Both the position numbers and the translations under genes were made by a program. Shown here in pieces: positions 1 through 11,239 of a stretch of 64,000 nt of DNA. Source of the DNA: Mobula birostris (Eukaryota); the NCBI RefSeq assembly GCF_030028105.1, contig NC_092375.1, forward strand, positions 145,045,035 to 145,109,034. Direction: 5' to 3'. Under the pieces are notes generated by a model. It had not been told where the DNA came from. It did no database searches and was given only the letters and a program-made list of their open reading frames with translations. Numbering within the stretch: the first letter of the stretch is position 1; the number at the start of each line of letters is the position of its first letter.

Positions 1-562
1 TCTGTCTTTGAAATTTAAGCATATACTTGCCACAAATACAACAGAATGTATCGTGGCTGTTGCAACATTGGCGAGACATTTTGCTATCACAAATATACCT
101 GAAAATACAATTACTTTGTTATAATGAGTGTGCACAGTATGCTGTACACATCGAGCATGTGCATCAAAGTGATCGCAAACTGATGTACATGTAAACCCAA
201 TGCATAGAACGGTGTGTGTGTGTGATGCTTTTATAACCTTTCTAAAACTTGTCCTGCCTTGCAGCAATCACCCTGCCTAGGTATGCCCAGGCATGTCTGG
301 ACAAGGTAGAAAACTCTTCAGCTTACATTGTGGGCAATATTTTAATTGACTTGAATTATGAATTGAAATAACAAATAGAGGTGATATAAAATAATGTTGT
401 GGATTAGGAAAATTTCATGCTGATTTTCTTGATCAGCAGCCAAAAATCCATAAGATACACCCAAAAGTAATCAGGAAGCAAAATCTTTTTTATCCATTGT
501 ACGTAGTAGTGTCTCTGAGTAACTCTTAGGCCTTTTTGAAGAAGTTGGCTTTGTTTTGCACT

Positions 563-1086
563 CAAACAACAGGAATTCTGCAGATGCTGGAAATTCAAGC
601 AACACACATCAAAGTTGCTGGTGAACGCAGCAGGCCAGGCAGCATCTCTGGGAAGAGGTACAGTCGACGTTTCAGGCCGAGACCCTTCGTCAGGACTAAC
701 TGAAGGAAGAGTGAGTAAGGGATTTGAAAGTTGGGGGGGGAGGGGGAGATCCAAAATGATAGGAGAAGACAGGAGGGGGAGGGATAGAGCCAAGAGCTGG
801 GCAGGTGATAGGCAAAAGGGGATACGAGAGGATCATGGGACAGGAGGTCCGGGAAGAAAGACAAGGGGGGGGGACCCAGAGGATGGGCAAGGGGTATATT
901 CAGAGGGACAGAGGGAGAAAAAGGAGAGTGAGAGAAAGAATGTGTGTATAAAAATAAGTAACAGATGGGGTACGAGGGGGAGGTAGGGCATTAGCGGAAG
1001 TTAGAGAAGTCAATGTTCATGCCATCAGGTTGGAGGCTACCCAGACGGAACAACACCTTATATTCAGGTAACTTTATGTGTGTTGC
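563..1086 (-). mobile_element. Young Penelope-like element (PLE) 3' fragment with inverted terminal pieces, inserted into an older PLE
   Basis: Minus strand encodes the GIY-YIG C-terminus (FRLGSLQPDGMNIDFSNFR*), then the same 3' tail as the PLE at 21330-22378. Flanked by direct repeat GCTTTGTTTTGCACT at 548-562 and 1085-1099. Confidence 0.85.
662..697 (-). ncRNA. Minimal type I hammerhead ribozyme in PLE tail (core intact)
   Basis: Minus strand reads AGTC-CTGACGA-AGGGTCTCGGCCT-GAAAC-GTC-GACT: CUGANGA and GAAA core, stem II, stem I AGTC/GACT, loopless palindromic stem III (ACGT), GUC triplet. Confidence 0.8.
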
Positions 1087-1629
1087 TTTGTTTTGCACTA
1101 CTGTCATGCATCCTTTGTCTGCTGGCAATATTACAATATTCTCATCCTTGCCAAGGTTATTGAGTGCTTTTAGCTCAGTTTTTGGGAGTGTGTTGAGTTG
1201 TTGATTTTGATTCATTGCTAGTACGACAGTTTGCCTTATTTGCTGTTGTACAGCTTCCGGGAATTCGTTGGACTTCGGGACCTGAGATATTCATTGACTG
1301 ATGCTTCCTCCATGTTAAATGGAGGCCACAGATGTCACCTTTTATTCGGCTTTGAAGAGCGGGTTTTTAAATCCAGGCTTCATTTTCATTGGTTGTTCTA
1401 CTCCTCGCTAGTTTTTGTAGTTTCATTTGTAGTGCTGCTTTCTCACGCTCCCTGGAGTAGGCAACTTTGCATGTATCGCCCCTTTCTAATTGTTCAGCCC
1501 TAACTAAGCTCACTAGTCATGTCCAGTTGTTCTACCTTACAAGAATGATGTTCCTATACTTCACTAGGGCATCTGTGATTAGCATGTGGAACATTCATCT
1601 TCTGGTCTGTCTGGATAACTCCCAAACTA

Positions 1630-4194
1630 GGATATTTTGACACAAGCATTCAACATTTCAATGCTTATTGCTCAATCTGGAAAGTCTTATACAATTGGAG
1701 AAGAACTGATTCTGTCAGCAGTAAAGGAGGTTCTGATTATAGTTTTGCATAAGTCACCAGACCAAATAATTCAAGTGATTCTGCTCAGCTGCAGTCTGTT
1801 CAAAGATGAATACATCAAATGTCTGAGAATGTGGAGGACACATTGTGCAACATACTTAGGACAACAGAATTTGCTCTGCAGATGGACGAGTCAACTTTGC
1901 TAGGCAACATATCTTTGCTTCTTGGTTATGTTCACTTCATAAAAATAAAAGTATGGTTCAATAGTTGTTAGTTGCCAGTGGAGTAGAAGGGAAACAGATA
2001 TGAAGGGGGAATCAATATTTTGAGCTGTTGAGCAACTTTTCAAAGAGAAGGTCATTCTTCTTACCAATATTTTTTCTAGTGTAACAAATGGAGCATGATC
2101 AATGTGGGTTATTACTTTTCTGACAAAAGCTGTACCTAACATATTTACCATTCACTGCGTAATTCACAGGCAGCGTCTTGCTGCAAAAAAAAACCCAAGT
2201 TATCGGCTGCACAAATCATTAAATACTGTTATCGCAATGGTAAATAAAATAAACACCCATTCCCTCAAATCTTGTCTATTTTGAGAGGTCTGTATTAGGA
2301 ATGATAAACAGTTTGAACTCTTGCTGTACACAGAAGTCAAATGGCTCTCAAAAATAAATTGCCTGTGATGCTTTTATGGGCTCTTTCAAACTCTGATAAA
2401 ATTCTTTGAAGACTCGAATACTTCATTCAGCAATCAACTCAAGAATATTAGGCATGACATCGCTTATTTGTCAGAATTATTCACAACTTTTAATGAAATG
2501 AATCTTCAGTTGCAAGGAAATGCTGTGAAGGGAGCAGAGCTACAGATGGCGCCAGAGGGTGACTTCTCCCAGCTCATCAGCAAGACAGATAAATTCTTCC
2601 TCTTCAAATGTCTCTGTTTTCCTTTTCAAGGTGCCTGGGGCCCTGTCAGAGTCTGTGATCTACAGTGGCACTCAAACTGCAGTTCTGCACGGTGGTGTCT
2701 TCCCGTTCTTGGAGCTCGCTGATCACCCTCAGTTTCGATATGTTCATGTGTGGCCTGAAGTTGGGCACCTTCAGAGTGTGGCCCTGTGGATTGAATTCCT
2801 GCTGCTGTCATGAATTGAAGCATTGTGGGGAGCTGGTACATTGGGACAGCGAGAGGGACTGTCGGAGGCCTCTGCACTTGGGTGATCTCCCGCTCTCTCT
2901 CTCTCTGCTGCGGAAGGGGTGACAACTGTCTCTCTCGTGTTAGTGAAAGAAAGAGCCTGAGGGGTGTTGAATTGTTGGAATAAACAGTTAGTTTTTGATG
3001 TTCTATAGACCATGGTCTCTCTCTCTCTTTGGGGGCTTAGCTGTTGCTTGAATGGTGGGTGGTGGGAATGCTGATGCTTCATGCAAGAATAAGTGGAGGG
3101 AGTGGAAGGGAGGGGAGGGGAGGGGAGGGGAGAGGGTTGATGCTGCTTGTGCGTGGGTAGAGGCAGGGGGTCTTGCAGTTCTTACTTTTTCTGTCATTCA
3201 TTCTTTAGGGTTTTTCTACTGTTTCAAGGATGTCTGCGGAGAGTAAGAATTTCAAGTTGTATATTGCATAGATTCTCTGATATTAAATGGAACCATTGAA
3301 CCATTGACTGTTATCAACATCAAATCAAATCATCATCATATTTCTGTCCAAGTTAACCTTAATTAAGTGCAACATTGGCCATCTTGATCTTTTCCAATTT
3401 CTGGGCTCTTTGAGTTGTAAGAAAAGAGCACCAGATGATGACCTTCCCTAGATGATGTGGTACCTGGGTCAGCTGCATAAAGACGTGTCAGAGATTTCAG
3501 AATCCTCTCTCAATCCAGATTCCAGGTTGGACAATAAATCCATTACAGAACACCCGAAATGAGGAATTAACAGGAATGATTGAGGACAAGCTGATCTCGC
3601 TACAAAATGACTGAGCTGAAGCTGAGGTTCAAAAAATTCATATGAAGACTTTTGGTTGCAGAATGAAATCTCTGTAAGCTGTCTTGCACTGTGGAAAAAG
3701 ATCAAGATGTTCTTTATTGCCTTTCCAATATCATATTTAATGGAGCATAGTTTCAGTTTCCGTCGGCCAACTTCTTTCAAAGCAGTGAAACAGACTGCAA
3801 ATTACTGCACATGGGGAGCAGAGTCTCCTTCTGAGAGACATTCAGCCTGATGTTGAGAAGCTGATATCACTGCACAAAGCCCATCTATTTCATTGAAAGG
3901 TGAAAAGCAATGAAGTAGTGAATAGTTGGACTACTGAAGTACATTCAAAAATTGTTGATGAGAATTGTTTTACTGTAATTAAATAACTTTATATGCAGCT
4001 TTAAATAGATATGAATTTTTTTGCAATTATTTGTCACTGCTTTTAATCTGCAAATCCTATTTTTTCACTGTGCATCGTACATCAAAATTTGTTATAGTTT
4101 TTTCTCTGTTATGACTGGAAAGGTAGAGGGGGTGCTGGGAATGTGACCTGGGAGCCAAGAGGATGGTAGCCCACAAAAGGTTTGGGAACCACTG
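1630..4194 (+). mobile_element. Decayed hAT (Charlie/Buster, ZBED5/SCAND3-like) transposase fossil
   Basis: Motifs IAQSGKSYTIGEELI, FALQMDEST, IHCVIHRQ, EVKWLS, MNLQLQG. Right TIR GTTTGGGAACCACTG ends at 4194, followed by TTCTAGCA (central TA as in Buster targets). Left TIR not seen. Confidence 0.8.
2530..3307 (+). mobile_element. Non-coding SINE-like retroelement inserted into the hAT fossil
   Basis: Interrupts the transposase frame after LQLQGNAV. 5' CAGATGGCGCC; 3' ATTAAA plus tandem tail GAACCATTGAACCATTGA. Confidence 0.55.
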
Positions 4195-5556
4195 TTCTAG
4201 CACATCATCTTTTGAACACGACCTTAAATTGCTTAGGTGAAATCAAAGTAATTCAACAATCACCTGTCATTCAACACAGTCAAAACAGATAATTTTGTGG
4301 TTTAATCTTACTGCTTTTTGCTAGACTCTGTTTGGCACAAACTAACTGTCACTTGTGCCTACAATGTGCTATTGACCATGTTATGAAGAGAGCAATCTCT
4401 TCCGTTATTGCAAAACAGACTCTTTAAAGAAAAATTAAAAATATTCCCACAAATCTATGACAAATTAATTGATTCCTCACCAATAAACATTAAATCTTTT
4501 TTTTCTTACAATCTTATTCATGACACAAATGAATTTGTTCAAGCTATTTCATTGCTGATAGCATCCTAATGAATAAATTGACTGATATTAAATATTTAGC
4601 TAACAGTTTATGGATTTGAAAAGTGGTCAATATGATTCAGAACTCTATAAATCCAGCAGCATCTAAGATGGGGAATAAACAGTTGATGTTTTGGGCCAAG
4701 ACCCTTCGATCTCAATCTGAAACATCAACTGTATAGTCACCTCCAACATTTTGTGTGTGTTTCTCAGCTTCTATGTTGACGTGTTTACAAATATCCCTTG
4801 TAATATCCAAAGCTTACAGAATGATGATTTTGGAAATAATGTTAACTCAAACCTCCGATATTGTGTGTTTAGAAATACTGAGGTCGCAAAATGAAAATGT
4901 TAGCAAAAGTACACAAAGACACAAAAGACAATTTTATAGCTAAATTTAATACCTGGTGTGAATTTTTCTTTCATTTCTTCCATCACAAACCTTAAATTGA
5001 ATATCTTTGACATATAGTTGGCTGGCTGGTTGCATAAAAACAGCATAATGTGAAAGGTTTCTGAGAAATATTTTTAACAATTTGAATGATTCAGTCTTTG
5101 CTACATTCATTAATGGATATTCCCCACCGTTCAAACAAGCATAGGAGGTATGCAAAAAATGAATCAGAATGTCATTTATTACATGTCAAGTTCAAATTTA
5201 TTACCTTGGCTGTTACTATCCTATCACCCAAAATAATAAAATGATTCACAATATTGAGATAAATATATAAGATCAAACTTCCACTAGAAAAATTTAATGA
5301 TAATGATAAATACTATCAAAGTATATAGGTAAAAAGGGCAAGTGCAGTCTGGTTGATTTTTAGACATCTTACTTTCTATATAATTTCCTTTTTATTACCC
5401 TAAAAGTCGCATTCAAGCAGAGATTTGTGGATCTACAGCCCCTATAGAGAGAAACAGCAGTTGGTAATTAACTAGATGACAGATATAGCTAATTGCCAAC
5501 TGCTGGTAATTAAGCAGCCTTGATGAATGGCAGTTCACTGAGGCTGATTAAATGTA

Positions 5557-7145
5557 CAGAGCCAATAAAAAGTATTCACCCCCCCCCCAGAAGTTCTCAT
5601 GTTTTATTGCTTTAAAACATTGAGTAACAGTGGATTTAATTTGCCTTTATTGACACTGATCAACAAAAGATTCTTTCGCGTCAAAGTGAAAACAAATTTG
5701 TACAAATTGGTCTAAATTTATTACAATTATTAAACACAAAATAATTGATTTTATAATTACTCACTTCTTCAAGTCAGTATTTAGTAGATGCACCCTTGGC
5801 AACAATTTCAGCCTTGAGTCTGTGTGGATAGGTTTCTATCAGCTTTGCAAATCTGGATACTGCAATTTTTCCCCATTCTCATTTACAAAACTGCACAAGC
5901 TCTGTCAGATTGCATAGGGATTGTGAGTGAACAGCCCTTTTCAAGTCCAGCTGCACATTTTCAATTGGATTACGAGCTGGACTCTGACTTCACCACTCCA
6001 GGACAATAACTTTGTTGTTTTTAAGTCATTCCTGTGTAGCTTTGTCTTTATACTTGGGGTCATTGTCTTGCTGGAGAACAAATCTTCTACCAAGTTGTAG
6101 TCCTCTTGCAGAATGCATCAGATTTTCCTCCAGGACTTCCCTGTATTTTGCTGCATTCATGTTATCCTCTACCTTCACAAGCCTTCCAGGGTCAGCAGCA
6201 GTGAAGCATCCCTCAGCATGATGCAGCGGCCACCATGCTTTGTGGTAGGGATGGTGTGTTTTTGATGATGTGCGGCATTTGGCTTATGCCAAACATAGTG
6301 TTTAGTCTGATGGCCAAAAAGTTCAATTTTGGTTTCTTCAGACCATAGAATCTTCTTCTAGCTGACATCTGAATCTCCCACATGCCTTCTGACAAACTCC
6401 AGCTTTATCTTTGCCGCTCTCCCATAAAGCTGTGATTGGTGAAGCACTCGGGCAACAGTTGTTGTATGTGCAGTCTCTCCCATCTCAGCCACTGAAGATA
6501 ATATCTCCTCCAAAGTTGCTATCAGTCTCTTGGTGTCATCCCCCCTCCCCCATTAGTCCTAGTCCCCTTCCTGCACCGTCACTGAGTGTTGGAGGATGGC
6601 CTGCTCTAGGCAGATTTACAGCTGTGCCATATTCTTTCCATTTCTTGATGATTAACTTAACTGTACTCCAAGGAATATTCAGTGACTTGGAAATATTCTT
6701 GTATCCATCTCCTAACATGTGCTTTCCAATAACTTTTCTGTGGAGTTGCTTGGAGTGTTCTTTTGTCTTCATGGTGTAGTTTATGGCAGGATACTGACCC
6801 ACCAGCAGTTGGAGCTACCAAATACAGGTGTATTTTTACTGCAATCAACTGAAACACCTTGACTGCGCACTAAGTATGTAATTTCAAAAACCAATTGGCT
6901 GCACCAGTGATAATTTGGTGTGTCATATTAAAGGGTGTGAATACTTATACGATCAGTTATTTTGTGACTTATATTTGTAGTTGATTTAGATCACTTTGTA
7001 GAGATCTGTTTTCACTTTATTACAAAAAGTCTTTTTCTGTTGATCAGCGTCAAAAAAGCCTAATTAAATCCACTGTGATTCAATGTTGTAAAACAATATA
7101 ACATGAAAACCTCCAAGGGGGGTTGAATACGTTTTGTAGGCACTA
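5557..7145 (-). mobile_element. Tc1/mariner (Passport-like) transposon, full span, transposase decayed
   Basis: TA flanks at 5555-5556 and 7146-7147; long (about 200 bp) inverted repeats starting CAGAGCCAATAAAAAGTATTCACCCCC; ORF MKTKEHSKQLHRKVIGKH...GYKNISKSLNIPWSTVKLIIKKWKEYGTAVNLPRAG. Confidence 0.9.
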
Positions 7146-8849
7146 TAGTTCTAACTGGCCTATGACAGATAGAGCTACACTTAGTCAGCCTCAGTTAACT
7201 GTTAAGAAAGCTGCAAGAGAATTCAAATGCAAACATCTTCCACTTATGCTTGATTTTATTTTCCTGTCAATGGGAAATCCTTTTCACTAAATGCTAAACC
7301 CAAGAGATCCTGCAGGTGCTGGAAATCTTGAACTATACAGATTATCTATGGAGAGGAAGCAATTGATGTTTCAGGCTGAGACCCTTCACCAGTCCTGAAA
7401 GCTATTAATTTGCATGTATGCTTCATAGAATAATGGTAGAATATTAAAAAATAGTTATTTGCTTCAAAATCCTAGCTAATAGATTCAGATTCAAATTGAC
7501 TTTTAGTATTTCTCTAAGTATATAATGAAATTACAAATTATATTCATTGTACAATCCTAAATCTTATCATACAGTCGAACTGCTCAGAATACACAACTAA
7601 TTTTTGACTGTAATTATATTATTGCTTATATTATTATATTAGTGCTTGATCATCTGCAACATGCTCTGGCATGTTCCAAAGCAAATGTAGAAGGTGCATC
7701 ATAAAATAGAACTTTATTACTTCTGTTCTTAACTTGCTTTCTCAGCTTTGCCTTCCTCAGACTTTAGCTACCGAACATCATGGCACTGCCATCTGCAATA
7801 TGGTTTTAATGAGTGCCCTAACATTTAGCAGACCATTAGTTTACATTTACAATGAAGTTGGGAAATGTAGGATGAGTAAAGATCAATTGTTCCACCATTC
7901 TCATTCTATCATGGTTGAATTAGGAAAGACAAACGCTTTCTATTTCAACACATCAGGAAAAGTTTCATTAATTGAGTTCCTGATGCAAAATAAAGTTAAC
8001 TAAGAGAACTTAAAATATCCATTAATTCTTATTTTATTATTTATTATTGTTAATTCTAACTGGACAATAGTTTTACACACATCTGAGAACTGTCATTGTC
8101 ATTAATCAAATTACTTACCTTATAGACTAAGAATCAGCAAAAGTAATCTAAAGTTTATCTTTATTATGTTGCTCTAACAGTAATATGTCACAATTTATCA
8201 CGGTGACTAGATCATGGCATGGGAAGCAACAGTACAAGACCAGAATTTTACTTAAAATATGTCTATTAAAAGCCTTCAATGTGCTTCTTAAAATATAATT
8301 TTTATTGAATTTCAATGAAATTTTGATTGTTGTTTCTATCTGCAATGTGCTTCATACTCACAGGGTCATTGAACCCTTCAAATATCCTGCTATATTTAAA
8401 GGAATGCTAATGCTATCTGTGGAAAATGTCAACATTTTAACAAGCGCATATGGTGATGGCATAGCTGAGAATGAAAGCTAATTAAAAAATTTGCCAACTC
8501 TTAGTTACTTGATTATTCCAAACCAAATTACATTTAAATAGGTGAACTGTGAACATGCATTTTCTGTGTATTTTTAGTGAAGCCACTGGAATAAACACAT
8601 TCACTGTTTATAGCAGTCATGCAAATAGACAACCCCTCAAGGTTGAGGATGAACTGCTTGTGTTACCCTCTCACTGGCTCGTATACGAACTCAGCTCGTT
8701 TGCTAACTTTTCTAACAGCCCTGTCACTGTTACCTTTCATAAATTATATAAATCTAGGGTCAGTATGATCTGGCGTTCAACCAAACAGAAATGTTGTGGT
8801 GTTCCGATTAAAGAAATGTTGATGTGACAAATGCTATGTAAATACTGTC

Positions 8850-9498
8850 CATACACAATTGTCAGTTGGCAAGAAATAACAGATTGTACACCATATAAAA
8901 TTATAAAGTAAGTATATTTACCATTTCCAGCTCTATCAAACAGTTATTAAAAGAAAGAAGAAAAAGAGCCCATTACAGTTAGGCTAATGTAAATGTGCAC
9001 ACAACTGTTGGAGCTCATCTCTCCCAAAAGCTGGGTATAACTGTTACTCACAGCACTGAACCAATGGTCTGCTTGAAAGTACCCACCACAGTCCAAACTT
9101 CCTTCAAGGTCCATCTCAAACAAATTGGCTCTCTCTCAGGACTATTGGCCTTTCCTCCTTGGAGCCATTCATCAGCACAAAGCACTTCTTGCAATGGAGA
9201 CTCTCCTTCCAACAGCATTCTGACAGCATCTTCCCTTCTATCCCACACTGCAGCTCCCGCCAAAAGACCACAAACCAGATTACTGTCCATCACAAATCTC
9301 CACACCCTTCTCTCTAGAACCTTCTCCAGATCCCACCCTTCCTGATGGGCTGACACAACATTCCTAAGTTGAAGAATAGGGCTTCTTACCTTCAGCCGAA
9401 ACCAAAACATTCTACCAGCAGGACACACTGCTTTTGCAGAAAACTGCTAAAATGAAATACTTACAGCATAGCAGTAGAAGTCTTAACCAGAGCATTAC
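8850..9498 (-). mobile_element. Solo LTR-like repeat, same family as 27199-28032
   Basis: Reverse complement GTAATGCTCTGGTTAAGACTTCTACTGCTATGCTGTAAGTATTTCATTTTAGCAG matches the start of 27199. Left boundary approximate. Confidence 0.6.
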
Positions 9499-9829
9499 GC
9501 TTGTATCTAGTTTAGTGGGTTTTTAAAGTGGCTGATGAGGCTTATGTGGGATCTATTGACTCTTCCACAGACAGGACAGAAGTTGGATGATGGAGTGGAA
9601 GAGAGGTGTGAGGTGGGCTACTCCTTCCATTTATGCAGAACTTCTGTGTGCTCCTGAAGTTAGGCTTCAAGTTTCTCAGAACCATCTTCAACACTGTTTC
9701 TCCTGCTCAATGAGCAATCAAAGGCCATAGATTCCCACAGTCAGAAATAACTCTTCTCAGAAGTTATTTTAATGAGTTTTCAAGTACAGCATTGCTCATG
9801 TACTTTACAATTCACATTCTCAGGATTAT

Positions 9830-10000
9830 TTATTTACTTTCTTTTGCACATTGGCTGTTTGTCAGTTTTGTGTGTAGTTTTCCATTGATTCTATCGTATT
9901 TATTTGTTTTGTTGTAAATGCCTGCAAGAAAATAAATCTCAGGGTAGTATATAGTGGCATACATATGTACTTTGATAATATATTTAATTTGAACTTTGAA
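9830..10000 (+). repeat. LINE 3' UTR tail (Rex1/L2-like)
   Basis: Ends TACTTTGATAATATATTTAATTTGAACTTTGAA, a short tandem-repeat tail. Confidence 0.5.
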
Positions 10001-11239
10001 TTGTCCTCAGAGAGAGAAAGAGAGAGAGATCTTGTTGCTGCCTCCAGTTGTGTTTGATTATCCATACAACCAAAAGTTTGTAATACAATTGAGACTCCTC
10101 ATATCTCATAAGCTTTGGGTTACTTGGTTCAGCAACAAGAATTTAAACCTTATATTTCCAAACTTGAACATACCTTGCTGTGAATTCACTTGAACTGTCT
10201 TCATGCATATTGACGTCTACCCAATTTTAATTCCTGAAGTTGAGTTTTAGTCGCATGGAATGTAATTTAAAATAATAACATTGTAATATTAAAAATGGAA
10301 GGAAACAGCTGGCACTAATGCCAGCCTGTAAAGGGGAAAAAAATGAAATCATGTTTGTTCATGTGGAGATGAAGTGGTGTATGAACCTTAGTGTTGGATT
10401 AATGCAAAGACTGCAGTTCTATCATCAACGTAGTACAGCACTCTCCCCAACGCTGTATTCCATCTGCCACTTCTTATGGGTAAAACACCTCTGCCACAAA
10501 CGTTTACCATCCAGACAAAATGACTTGATCAGTCACTGGCTACCGTGTAGGTGGATTGACCCCAGAAACAGTAGTAAGTATACACAGGCTTCAGCTCATT
10601 ACAAGGAAAGGTGGAGAGAACAGGAAGGACATCTTAGTGTCAGCTATTATGTTATGATTACTATAACCTCTCTACATTTTGCAAAGGTATTTCACCAAAT
10701 AATTAGGAATTCTGATTTTCCTCTGTCATTTACTGAAAATTACCAGTCAGGACTCTGTGCAGCTGATGATAATTCAATTACTGGTCTGTTGCTAAAATAG
10801 GTAGGCGGGGGAGTCACCAGTCCTACAATTGCTCGGTTTAAAAGAAAAGATGTTAATGCATTAACAATCTCCCAGATTTTAAATAGCAGGGTATTTTGCA
10901 GCATGCACTGTTTGCTAGACGTTTTAACTCCTCCACATTTCAGCTTTGAAAGGTTTGTATTACAAATCTTATTAAGTATGAACAGTTATCTATAGAGCAA
11001 GAGCTAGGAGCCATTTTGTACTTCAGTGATGTCATGATCAACAGAATATCTTAGGGGAGGGAGGGAACGTATCTTAACCAATTACTAACACAGAATGAAA
11101 CGGAGGAATGATAGAGGAGAGGGTCAATTGGAACAAAACTAGATTTAGAAAGATAAATTGAGGGTAAGGAATAAACATTGAAGGAGAGAAGTTAGACAGA
11201 AAGATGACAATACACTTATGACATGAGTGCAGGACAATA

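Larger units (their letters stand above)
420..1250 (-). mobile_element. Older PLE reverse transcriptase N-terminal fragment, split by the insertion at 563-1086
   Basis: KALNNLGKDENIVILPADKGCMTVVQNK (about 1085-1175; PLE PADKG motif) continues below 562 as VQNKANFFKKA*ELLRDTTTY. Confidence 0.7.

Noticed and set aside
404-986. Overlapping ORFs of 64-129 aa (also 22002-22455 and 51176-51605)
   Set aside because: Translations of the low-complexity non-coding PLE 3' tail.
1637-2520. Functional ZBED/SCAND3-like host gene
   Set aside because: Many stops and frameshifts, an internal insertion, and a retained TIR.
4820-4881. C/D box snoRNA-like ATGATGA...CTGA
   Set aside because: No terminal stem, no recognisable rRNA/snRNA guide or C'/D' boxes; such motifs are common in AT-rich DNA.
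10318-10800. 160-aa plus-strand ORF
   Set aside because: Crosses a CR1 fragment; no domain or coding-like composition.
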